Part shown: positions 28,001-39,192 of the stretch, piece by piece
Position numbering within the stretch: the stretch's first letter is position 1
Layout: every line of letters starts with the position of its first letter
Origin: Felis catus
Lineage: Eukaryota
NCBI RefSeq assembly: GCF_018350175.1
Contig: NC_058373.1
Span: 100,070,001 to 100,134,000 of the forward strand
Length of the DNA stretch: 64,000 nucleotides
Direction: 5' to 3'
Position numbers and translations under genes: made by a program
The notes under the pieces: generated by a model
Databases searched by the model: none
The model's input: the letters and a program-made list of their open reading frames with translations, nothing else
What the model was told of the DNA's origin: nothing

Positions 28001-28184
28001 AACACAAGAATATACATGCATACAAAGTGTTGACATCATCCCTTATCATGTAGCCTCTGGAAAACTCTGCTGTACATCCAAAAGAGAATTAGAGTACAAT
28101 AAGTAAATAACATCTTAGTATTTTTTTTTTATCATTTTGATTTTGATCTTTAAGGTCCCTTGGACCACACTTTAAGAACTGCTA
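25099..28184 (-). mobile_element. Charlie1-family hAT DNA transposon with decayed transposase
   Basis: TIRs tagtggttctcaaa / tttaagaactgcta; 8-bp TSD ctttagag (25091-25098) / ccctagag (28185-28192); minus ORF 26649-26858 resembles hAT transposase. Confidence 0.85.
26156..26462 (-). mobile_element. Can-SINE with internal 95-bp tandem duplication
   Basis: Typical head and tail; TSD tcatcac(g/a)cagaatttt. Confidence 0.9.
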
Positions 28185-30540
28185 CCCTAGAGCAACCACT
28201 TAAAGCGAAAACAAAACAAACCCAAAACTGGAAAAGTATAGTTAAAAATCCAATAGATAAGTTAAAATGTAATCCTAAAAAATATTCAATTAACCCAAAA
28301 AAACACAGGAAATAATAGAGGAAAAACAAACACCAGCAGCAAAAAACAAGCAGAAGCAAACAGAAAACAAATAGTAAAATGTAAGATTTAAATCCAAACA
28401 TATCACCAATTATATTAAATGTTAATGGACTAAACATCCCATTAAAACGTAGAGATGGTCAAAATGGCACTTTAAATATAAAAAAAAGATATGTCAAAAA
28501 TAAACAAATGGAAACTATAATATACTATGCATTCAGTAAGCATAAGAAGGCCCTTTAATATCAGATAAGATAGATGTAAAAACCAAGTATTACCGATATA
28601 AAAAGATACCTTTCATCAGGAAACAAAGAATATTAGCAAATATAAGAGGTATATTTCATCAGAAAGACATAAAAATTATAAATGGGTACATGAAGCCAAA
28701 AATAGTAGGAAATAAAGCAGAAAAAAAGATTTACCAAAATGGTGAGAAATAAAAGGGGGAATTTGTACAATTATAGTTGGAGATTTTATTGCCCCCCCCC
28801 AACAACTGATAAAACAGTCAGTACAAAAAATCTGAACAGCACTACCAACACCCTTGAGCTAATTGACTCTCAGTAACTGGAGGGTACACATTCCTTTCAA
28901 TTGAGCGTGCAAATGGTCATCAAAATAAACCATACAAGGCACCATAATAAAAGTATCAATACTTTCAAAAGAATTGGAATCAAAGAATGTTTTCTAGCAT
29001 AATGCAATTAAATATCAGTAATGATATGATATCTAAAAAAAAATCCAAATATTTAAAAATTATAACATAATTCTAAATAACCCATAAGAAAAGGAAGAAA
29101 TCACAAGGGAAATTAGAAAACATTTCATATGGAAGGATAACAAAATACAATATATCAAAATTTGTGGGATACTGCTAAAATAGTGCTTGAAGAGAAAAAT
29201 ATATCTTCAAATGCTATATTAGAATGGAAGAAAGATATAAAACTATGGCCTAAGATTTCACCTTAGAAACTATGGGGGAAACTAGGACAAAGTTAAAAAA
29301 AAAAAAAAAGAAGTCCAAAGCAAGTAGAAGGACTGAAGGACTGAGATAATAAAGATAAGAATAGAAATCAGTGAAACAGAAAATAAACAATAGAAAAATT
29401 AGAGCCAAAAGTTAATTCTGTGAATAGATGAACAAATTTTATGTACGGAAACAAGCGCAGTGAAGATACAAATTCCCAATATCATGAATTAAAGAGGGAA
29501 TATCACTGTAGATCTTAACAGGCATTAAAAAAAATGAAGGAATATTATGAACAGCTTTTTGTGAGTAAATTTGACAACTTAGAGGAAATGGATAGATTGC
29601 TTTAAAAATACAATGTAACAAATTGGTAGAAGATAAAATATTAGTTCTGAATTGCCCTATATTTATTAAAAAAATTTTGATTTGTTATCAGAAATTTCCG
29701 TCAAAGAAAACTCTAGGCCCAGATGGTTTCACTGGTTAATTTTATCAAATCTTTAAAGATAAATTAATACCAATATTAAACTCTTTTGAAAATATAAAAG
29801 GAAAGAACTCTTTCCAACATATTTTATAAGGACAGCATTACTGTGATACCAAACTTGACAAAGATATTACAAAGCACATAAAAGCTACAATACTTAAAGA
29901 CTCAGAATCTAAGCAATATGTAAAAAGGAAAAGATATTATAACCAAGAAGAGTTTATCCCAGGAATGCAACATTGGTTTCACATTGAAAATCAAATCAGT
30001 TTAATTCACTCATTAGGAGAACAAAGGGAAAAAATAAATATGTAATAATTTGAATAGATGTAGAAAAAACATTTGATAAAATTCAGCACCCTCCATGACT
30101 TAAAAAAACATGGAACTCTCAGCTAATAGAGTATACAAGAAATAATTCTCTATCTGATAAAAAGCATCTATAAAAAACCTTCCATCACTATCATACTTAA
30201 AGTATTGTTTTGCCCCTAGGATTGGAAACAAAGAAAGAATGCCCATTTTCACCATCTCTATTCAATATTCCAAGAAAACAAGAAACAAAAAGTATAAAAT
30301 TGGAAATAAAAAAGTAAAACTGTCTATACTTAACAGAATTGCTTTTGTAGAGCACCTTAAAGAGTCTGCTAAATAACTACTAGAATTCATGAGTGAATTT
30401 AGCAAAGTTCTCAGGATACAAGGTCAAAATGCAAAATTATTGTGTTTTTATATATACCAAGAGCAGTCAATTAGAAGATAAAATTCAAATCACATTTATG
30501 TTAGCATCAAAAAACAAAATACTTAGAAACAAAATTTCCA

Positions 30541-30752
30541 AGGCACCTGGGTGGCTTAGTTGGTTAAGCATCTAACTTTTGATTTCTGCTCAGGTCATGA
30601 TCTCATGGTTCATGAGATTGAGCACTGCATCAGGCTCTATGCCGACAGCATGGAGCCTGCTTGAGTTTCTCTCTCTCCTTTTCTCTCTGCCCCTCCCCCG
30701 CTCACACTCATGTTCTCTCTCAAAATAAATAAATAAACTTAAAAAAAAAAAA
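30541..30752 (+). mobile_element. Can-SINE
   Basis: Typical body; TSD agaaacaaa(a/t)tttccaa. Confidence 0.92.
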
Positions 30753-31027
30753 GAAACAAATTTTCCAAAAAAACCCAAGCAATATCTCTGTACTTAAAAC
30801 TACAAAATATTACTGAGAGAAATTAAAGAAGACTATAAATCAATGAAGACTATTGTTCATGGATTAGAAGATGCAGTATTGTTAAGATGGCAATTCTTCC
30901 CAAAATGATTTACAGATTCAAAGCGATCCTAATCATAATTCTACGATGTGGTTTTTAAAAATAGAATTTGGCAATTTTATTCTAAAACTTATATGGAAAC
31001 GCAAAGGACCTAAAAATGCATTTAAAA

Positions 31028-31232
31028 TGGTGCATTCTAATAAAACTTTGTACTATGATGAAAGTATTCTATACCTTCATTGTTCAGTATGGTAGCTAGC
31101 TATATGTGACTATTGAGCACTTGAAAAGTAGCTATTGTGACAGAGGATCTGATCATTTAATTAATTTAATTTAATTTAATTTAAGTGTAAATAACCAAAT
31201 GTGGCTAATGGCTATTGTATTGAACAATGCAG
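31028..31232. mobile_element. MER3-like hAT MITE
   Basis: tctaataaaactttgtactatgatgaaagtattcta ... gtggctaatggctattgtattgaacaatgcag resembles MER3. Confidence 0.7.
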
Positions 31233-32265
31233 AAAGAAACACTGAAAAAGCAGGGGACTTACACTACATGGCTTTGAAATTTAGGATACAGCTACAATAA
31301 TTAAAACACTGTGCTACTGGCATAAAAGAGGCAAACAGATCAATGGAACAGAATAGAAAGCCTAGAAATCAATCCACACATATAAGGTCGTTTGATTTTT
31401 GACCAAGGTGCTAAAGCAATCCAAACGGAAAAGGAAACCTTTTTAACTAATGAGGTTGGAAAAACTGGATATCCATATGAAACAAAATGAAGCCCAACTC
31501 CATCTCATACTATACGCACATAAAAATATTTCAAAATGGATGATAGACCTAAATGTAAATGAAAAAATTCTAAAACTTCTGAAAATAAACACCAAAAAGT
31601 ATCTTTACAACTTGGGCATAGGCAAAGATTTCTTAGGTCATAGAGTAATCAGAAGGAATAGATTGACGAATTAGACTTAATTAAATTTTAAATTTCTCAT
31701 CCAAAGAAAAGACTAATAAAATGCAAAAGCAAGTCACAGACTTCAAGAAAATATTTGCATATTTCTGACAAAGGACTCATTTCCAGCATATATAGAGATC
31801 TCTTACAACTCAATAATAAAAAAAAAGACAACCGAATTTAGAAGTGGACAATGATATGAATAGATTTTTCACAAAGAAGATATACAAATGGCCAATAAAC
31901 AAAATGTCATTAGTCTTCATGAAATGCAAATTAACAAAAATGAGATACTACCACACAACCATCAGCATGGCTAAAATTAAAAAGATTGAAAACCCCTATG
32001 TTGTCTAGGATGTAGAACAACTGGAACTCTCATACTTTGTTGGAAGTATAAAATTATACATCCATTTTGGAAAGAGATCAGGCAATTTCTTATACAGCTG
32101 AATTTATACCAACCATACCACCCAGTAATTCCATTCTTAGGTATTTACCCCAAAGAAGTGAAAATATATGTCCACAGAAAGATGTATATAAGAATATTTA
32201 TGGAAACTATCCATCAACAGAAAAAACTGTCACATAAACAATCTCATATAATTATTAAGTGGAAT

Positions 32266-32372
32266 TAGTGTGATTAACTATCCTGGTTTCTCTGGGACTG
32301 AGAAGTTTTCTGGGACTTTCAGTGCTAAAACTAGGAGACTCTTAAGCAAATCAGGGCCAGTTAGTCATTCTA
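32266..32372. mobile_element. MER81-like hAT-Blackjack MITE
   Basis: Imperfect TIRs tagtgtgattaact / agttagtcattcta; core gggactttcagtgctaaaac. Confidence 0.6.
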
Positions 32373-33334
32373 ATTATCCACCTCAGCAATACAAAGACCA
32401 TAGAATTACTAAAACATCCAACAACATGGGTGAAGCACAAAACATTATGCTGAGTGAATGAAGCCTACAAAAGAGTTCTCTTTATATGAAGTTCAGAACT
32501 AAGGTGTGGCAAAAACAGAAGCAGGAGAGTGTATACATCTGAGGGTTTGGCTGATGGGGAAGGGGTGTGAGGGAACTTTCTGGAGTGATGGTAATGCTAT
32601 TTTGGTAGAAATGTGGGTTACACTGGTGTACACATTTGTCAAAACTTAGTGAATGGTAATTTGAAGTTTCTGCATATCTACATTTTAAAAATACCTGTAA
32701 ACAAATATTGAACTCTAGCTAATAACATGCATACCAATGTGTTAATAATATGCATACTGAAGTGAGGTGTGACTCTTCTTTCCTTGTCTGGTATGGAATT
32801 TCTAAAAAAAGTGGTGTAGATGTTAGAGATGGAAGAAGGGAGAATGATACCTTGAGGATTGCTTCTGAGTGGAATTCTCTGTTATTGACTCCATTCATTT
32901 TAGAAAGATTTTCTTTAACTTTTTGACAACAGCTTCCATGTTGCTGAATCCATTTTTCTGTTTTGTTTTGTAATCCTGTGTTTTGCAGGAAGAATCTTAC
33001 TTTGCTTTCTAAATCAGTGAGCTTCTTTCATTGTTATATATATGTAATCTAGCTGTAATTTTGTTTTATTAATTGCCTCAGTGTTATTGACTCTTTGCTA
33101 ACTTTTCTCACAACCTTTTTTTTTTTTTTTTGGCTTTTATAGTATTTACAAGTATAAGCAAAATATCTCCATATTATGTCTTTTAGTAGTCATTTTATTT
33201 CTCCAGAAAGTTACTTAGGATTATTTTAAGGGATGGCAGTGCTTACAACATTCTAACTTCTTGTTATCTAATGTTTCTTTAATACTATAGTACTTTTAAA
33301 ATTGGTTCTGGATTGGCTTTAGATTAGCTTCTGT

Positions 33335-33545
33335 TTAATGTTTTTTTAATATATTTTGAAGAGAGAGAGAGACAAGGCATAGGCAGGGGAGGGGCAGAGA
33401 GAGCGGGAGACACAGAATCCGAAGCAGGATCCAGGCTCTGAGCTGTCAGCACAGAGCCTGACATGGGGCTGGAACCCACAAACCCTGAAATCACAACCTG
33501 AGCAGAAGTCGGATGCTTAACCAACTGAGCCTCCCAGGCACCCCT
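33335..33545 (-). mobile_element. Can-SINE
   Basis: Typical body and T-tail. Confidence 0.9.
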
Positions 33546-33713
33546 ATATTAGCTTTTTTATTAACAACTTTTTTGGGTATTCACAAAAATAAAAATGTAC
33601 ACTGTAGAAAATTTTAGCCTTGATTTTAGAAAATTTTAATCTTGTTAGGGTTTTACTTGTTTTCACGCATACTTTTTGTTATGGTAATGAGGTAGGTCAA
33701 AAGAGTACTCTCA

Positions 33714-33925
33714 GCACCTGGGTGGCTCAGTCGGTTAAGTGCTCGACATGGGCTCAGGTCATGATCTCCCATTTTGTGAGTTTGAGCCCCATGTTGGGCT
33801 CTGGGCTGATAGCTCAGAGCCTGGAGCCTGCTTTGGATTCTGTGTCTCCCTCTCTCTCTGCCGCTCACCTGCTTGCTTGCGCGTGCTCTCTCTATCTCTC
33901 AAAAATAAATAAAAAATTTTAAAAA
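33714..33925 (+). mobile_element. Can-SINE
   Basis: Typical body; TSD ag(a/g)gtactctca. Confidence 0.9.
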
Positions 33926-34076
33926 TAAGAGGGTACTCTCAACATCTTTCAAGGTATCTTTTATCTTTTAGTTCTCCTTCTTCTTATATACCTCTAAAAT
34001 GTGTTGTTCTTATAAAGAAGTCAGTTATAATAATGGTTCTCAATCCTACCAAACCCAGTGCACGCTTCTAATAAGG

Positions 34077-34105
34077 TTTTTTTTTTTTTAGTTTATTTAT
34101 TTATT

Positions 34106-34147
<42 letters not shown>

Positions 34148-34546
34148 CACACATGCATATGGGAGAGGGGCAGAGAGAGAGGGGAGAGAGAGAATCCCAA
34201 GCAGGCTCCTTGCTGTCAGTGCAGAGCCTGATGCAGGGCTCAAACCCATGAACTGAGATTGTGACCTCAGCCAAAATCAAGAGTTGGATGCTCAACGGAC
34301 TGAGCCACCCAGGCACCCCTCTAATAAGTTTTTTTTTTTTCTTTAACGTTTATTTATTTTTGAGACAGAGAGACAGAGCATGAACGGGGGAGGGGCAGAG
34401 AGAGAGGGAGACACAGAATCTGAAACAGGCTCCAGGCTCTGAGCTGTCAGCACAGAGCCCCACATGGGGCTCGAACTCACGGACCGTGAGATCATGACCT
34501 GAGCCGAAGTCGGACGCTCAACCTAGTGAGCCACCCAGGTGCTCCT
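34077..34546 (-). mobile_element. two tandem Can-SINEs (34077-34320, 34329-34546)
   Basis: Two complete bodies; tctaataag occurs before, between and after them. Confidence 0.92.
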
Positions 34547-34812
34547 CTAATAAGTACTTTTAATAATTTTTTTCTATCCTGAAATTAATAGATTATTTTA
34601 ATCTACCTACACACATAACCAAAAACTCAATGTAAGTGCCCTTAATATAAAGAGGAAATAAAAGGAAAGTAATTAACAACGATTTCAATATGTAAATTTA
34701 GGGGCATGATATACTAGTCAGATGCTTGTTATCTATACACAGAAACCGAATGGGACAGCTACAATGCAGTGGATCTTTTTGGCAGTTGTGTCACTTCTCA
34801 GAATAATGTTTT

Positions 34813-35028
34813 GGTTTTTTGGGGGTTTTTTTCGGCGTGAATATATTTTTTTTAATTTTATTTTTTTAAATTTACATCCAAATTAGTTAGCATATAGTGC
34901 AACAATGATTTCAGGAGTAGATTCCTTAGTGTCCCTTACCCAATTAGCCCATCCCCCTCCCACAACCCCTCCAATAACCCTCTGTTTGTTCTCCATGTTT
35001 AAGAGTCTCTCATGAGGGGGACAAAACA
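34813..35028 (-). mobile_element. short young felid L1 3' end
   Basis: Close reverse complement of the 3' UTR at about 13135-13295; 15-bp TSD tcagaataatgtttt at 34798-34812 and 35029-35043. Confidence 0.92.
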
Positions 35029-35232
35029 TCAGAATAATGTTTTTAATGCATAATATAAATAGGATTACAAAGGAAACCAATTGTATTGAAATATAGACCA
35101 CAGGTTAAGAATCCCTGCAACTCTACTGGGTGTGAGTACTAAATTGTGAGTACTAAATTATAAGAGTTTTCTATTTGGGGAAACAATGGAAGCCTTGATA
35201 TTAAAATGTTATTGATTCAAAAGTGCATTTGA

Positions 35233-35470
35233 GGGGCGCCTGGGTGGCGCAGTCGGTTGGGCGTCCGACTTCAGCCAGGTCACGATCTCGCGGTCCGTGA
35301 GTTCGAGCCCCACGTCGGGCTCTGGGCTGATGGCTCAGAGCCTGGAGCCTGTTTCCGATTCTGTGTCTCCCTCTCTCTCTGCCCCTCCCCCGTTCATGCT
35401 CTGTCTCTCTCTGTCCCAAAAATAAATAATAAAAAAAATAAAAAAATTAAAAAAAAACAAAAAACAAAAA
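35233..35470 (+). mobile_element. young SINEC_Fc-type SINE
   Basis: CpG-intact body, long A-tail, TSD caaaagtgcatttgag. Confidence 0.95.
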
Positions 35471-35995
35471 CAAAAGTGCATTTGAGTGCCTACATCATTT
35501 TGTCGTCAACATAATGACATCAATAGGGATTAACTAACATCAGCTCTCTAATAGAATAAGGCAAATTACATAAGAGCTGTATTTCTATTCTAATTTTGTA
35601 TCTCGTTAGAAACCAAGTGTATGAAATGGAATAAATGCTTCTATTTCCCATACTTTTCTCATTAGGACTAAACTACCTCTCTGATTAATATCAATTTTGC
35701 CAACTTATTTCTTCATATTACTTAAGGGAGTAAGGTAACCTTGGCAGGACAAAATCTTCCTCCAGCTACCATTGGGCAAGTTGGCAAATAATTTATCTGT
35801 ATTAATAGGGTAATTTAAACCCAAGTGGTTCTAAGAATAGGAATCATAAAGCAGGATAATCAAGAGTTTGTTTCAACAGGTGCTCACTCAGTGTTTTCTA
35901 AGAGTGCATTGCAAGAGGTGACCATGTCGTATGTGTATGAACAGCCTGTCATGACAAATGTGCAATGTCATGATGATGAGTTTTATTTCTTTTAG

Positions 35996-36145
35996 GGTAT
36001 GTCTCTGTGCCAGACTGTTGTTGTAGGCTCTGTAGTCATTCTCCTCTACTCTTCAAGAGCATGTTACAATTTGGTGGTGATCACCATATCTCAGGATACA
36101 TTAGAAAGTCCATTTAACTATGGCTGGGATAATCTTTCAGATAAG
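35996..36145 (+). CDS. GPR137C: GPR137C coding exon (probable exon 4), [11 protein letters not shown]...[10 protein letters not shown]
   Basis: tcttttag acceptor, AAG/gtaagt donor, 150 nt, open frame; motif [10 protein letters not shown]. Confidence 0.96.
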
Positions 36146-37337
36146 GTAAGTAGCTACCATGTATTGCTAATCTAATAATTTAATAAGGAATTTAGCCTTA
36201 ACTAAGAGAACATTTTAAGTGTTTGACTTACAAACAAACACTTTTATGGAATCTCTAGCTACTAACAGTAATCAGACTTAAAGCTTTATGTATAAAAATC
36301 CTCATTTACACGTGTCACTTAAAATCATTCGTCAGAATATTTTCTTTTCTTTTTGCAAATAATACTACTAGTGACATAAACCTACTGTTCATAAACCTAT
36401 CTTGCTAATTTTTTTCAAGGACAGTGTTTAAATACCTCTAGATAAATGGATTGTCTGTCATTAGCTAGTGAATATATCTTTAACTTGTTAGGATAAAAGT
36501 TATTCTCTCAAACCCAAGACCTACATATAATCTAAATATGTGGTTCAGTTTGTTTAAATAATGACTTTTTTGAAAATCTAGTATCATCAGTCATGTTAAT
36601 GGGAGAGCATTCATAGTTCCTTGGGTGTCCAGGTATTTGCTCCAATAATTCCCAGTACTCTATATTTAACCTCCCAGCACTCTCCATCCCCTACCTAAAA
36701 GTGCAGTTTGACATAGCTACCTGTCATATGTTTACATTAACTTAACTTTGTACTGAATTGAAGACATTCTGGAATACCATTTTATAAGAATTTCAGTTAC
36801 CATTCTAAAGAAAAGGAATTTTCATATGTGGTTCCAGATGGCAGAATCTCTTCACTCCTTTTGCCATTTCTCTCTCCCAACATCTAGTAGGATAAACAAA
36901 CTCAATACGAAGTTTAGGCCCAAAGACATATTTTTAAATAGCAGTGGAGCTGAACAATTTGATATGTGACATTTCTCTACAGGTGTAACTCAGTAAGTGC
37001 TATTATGTTGCCCATGGAGTAGTTAGAATGAGTAGTCTCTTTTATAACTCTCTTCAGACTTTGGGGCCAAAAAACGAGATCACTCCATTTTATCCATATG
37101 TTAAAAATATTTTCATAAATTGATGCATTGAAAAATAGCTTTTTATTCTACTTAACATCAAAGCACATTTTTACATCCTTTAAAGGATATGAAACCACAA
37201 AATATGGAAAATTGGAGATTTATGTGCCTGTGGTTGATGTGTTTTCAATTACCCTACCTGACGCAAGTTAATTGTGGAGGGTGACTGCTTACACATCAGA
37301 CAGACTTAAACATTGCTCTGTCACACTCTGTTTACAG

Positions 37338-37463
37338 GCTCATCTAGAAGATGTGAGTGGAGAAGAGTATGTAGTATTTGGAATGGTCCTCTTTCTGTGG
37401 GAACATGTCCCAGCATGGTCTGTGGTACTCTTTTTCCGGGCGCAGAGACTAAACCAGAATTTG
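37338..37463 (+). CDS. GPR137C: GPR137C coding exon (probable exon 5), [15 protein letters not shown]...RAQRLNQNL
   Basis: tttacag acceptor, TTG/gtatga donor, 126 nt; last TM segment with the LFLWE motif. Confidence 0.96.
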
Positions 37464-37634
37464 GTATGACATCATAAGATTCCCCAATGCCTGTTGCCCT
37501 TATCTTTAAAAACAATGGAACATTTATATTGATTTTCTATTTTTGTCAAAGTTTAAGACTAAAAAGCATTCTAGATCTGATCCTTCTTTCTTAGTTGGAA
37601 AGTAAATCTTCATATGTTAATATTTTGTTCACAG

Positions 37635-37753
37635 GCACCTGCTGGCATGATAAATAGTCACAATTACAGTTCCAGAGCTTACTTTTTCGACAACCCAAGA
37701 CGATATGATAGTGATGATGACCTGCCAAGACTGGGAGGTTCGAGAGAAGGAAG
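37635..37753 (+). CDS. GPR137C: GPR137C coding exon (probable exon 6), [39 protein letters not shown]
   Basis: ttcacag acceptor, AAG/gtaggt donor, 119 nt; GPR137-family [15 protein letters not shown] motif. Confidence 0.97.
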
Positions 37754-37851
37754 GTAGGTGTTCAGGATGAGCACTGAATACATCGAAAAGGAACAAACTG
37801 AAGCTTCGGGGCTAGTACTGAATACATTGAAAAGGAACAAACCTAAGCTTT

Positions 37852-38100
37852 TTAAACATTTTTTAATGTTTATTGATTTTTGAGAGAGAGAGAGAGAGAG
37901 AGCATGAGTAGGGGAGGGGCAGAGAGTGAGAGACGGAGACCCAGAATCCGAAGCAGGCTCCAGGCTCTGAGCTGTCAGCACAGAACCCGACGTGGGGCTC
38001 AAACTCAGGAACTGTGAGATCATGACCTGAGCCTGAACTGTGAGATCATAACCTGAGCCGAAGTCGAAGGCTTAACCAAGTGAGCCATCGAGGCGCCCCA
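37852..38100 (-). mobile_element. Can-SINE with a small internal duplication
   Basis: 17-bp TSD gaacaaacctaagcttt (37835-37851, 38102-38118); gaactgtgagatcat..cctgagcc present twice. Confidence 0.92.
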
Positions 38101-39014
38101 AGAACAAACCTAAGCTTTGACCCAAATATGTAAAAAGTGATTTGGTGATATACGTCAATAAATAAGATCATTTAAACCAGACCTTAGAGCAATAGATGCT
38201 ACACTTATAGTGGAACCTATACTATAAAAAACTATCATCTGACTCTAATGTTACCTTTATTTGAGAAACGCCTTTGGGAGTAAAATGGTACCATCTTATT
38301 TCAGGATCCCATGTTGCTTCAAAGCTGGCAGAAGTTAGTAAGTAGGGAAGGAATACAATTAGAGTGACGTATATGTTTCCTTATCTATAGTGCTATTCAA
38401 AGCCCACAGGAAAACCCTAGATTAACCTTTTGGGAATCTTAGATGCTATAGGAAATCTCCTTGTGTCCTTCTTACTCTAAAATCACTGCAACTCCATACC
38501 ATTAGCTGTGTATCAGGGCAAAGTGAAAAGCTAAAAGCATACCTCCATAATACTTTGAGCTTGATATAACATTTTCTGTAATCCTCATTTCATCTGGACA
38601 ATTTACTTAACCTGTTTTTTTCAGCCTGTTTTTCACCTATAAAATAGGGATAATAGAATTTATCTAATAGGATTGTTGTAAAAATTAAATAAGGTATGTG
38701 TGTGTATATATTACTTCATGTATATACACAGAAACATGTCTTACAAGAGCCTAGTCCATAATAAACAGCACTATATTATCATCTGATAATCAAGTTCTAA
38801 TTCTGACGTATTTATTCTTTTGTAATATGTGATATAAAATCAAAGATATTATATAAAAGTCATTCCATTTTGTAGAAAGCCATCATATTACTTGGCAAAG
38901 AATATACTCAATATTTGAATACTGTATTATGAAATTCATTGAACACTAAAAAATGCCAATGTGACTTACATCCTGATCACACTCCTATCACTTTTTTGCC
39001 TTTTCTTGTTGCAG

Positions 39015-39192
39015 TTTATCAAATTCGCAAGGTTTGGGCTGGTATGGCACCATGACTGGGTGTGGCAGCAACAGCTATACAGTCTCTCCCCACCTGAATG
39101 GACCTATGACAGACACTGCTCCTTTGCTCTTTACTTGTAGCAATTTAGATATGAGCAATCACCATAGCTTGTATGTAACACCACAAAACTGA
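39015..39192 (+). CDS. GPR137C: GPR137C last coding exon, (S)[11 protein letters not shown]...[10 protein letters not shown]
   Basis: ttgttgcag acceptor, phase fits; TGA at 39190-39192; C-terminus matches recalled GPR137C. Confidence 0.95.

Larger units (their letters stand above)
23320..32780 (+). mobile_element. ancient near full-length L1M (L1MC/MD/ME class), interrupted by Charlie1, MER3, MER81 and SINEs
   Basis: A-rich + strand with decayed ORF1 (agacctgcactacaagaaatgtt), ORF2 (aatgttaatggactaaac; ggcccagatggtttcactggt; NLAKFSGYK) and 3' UTR motifs in the expected order. Confidence 0.85.
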
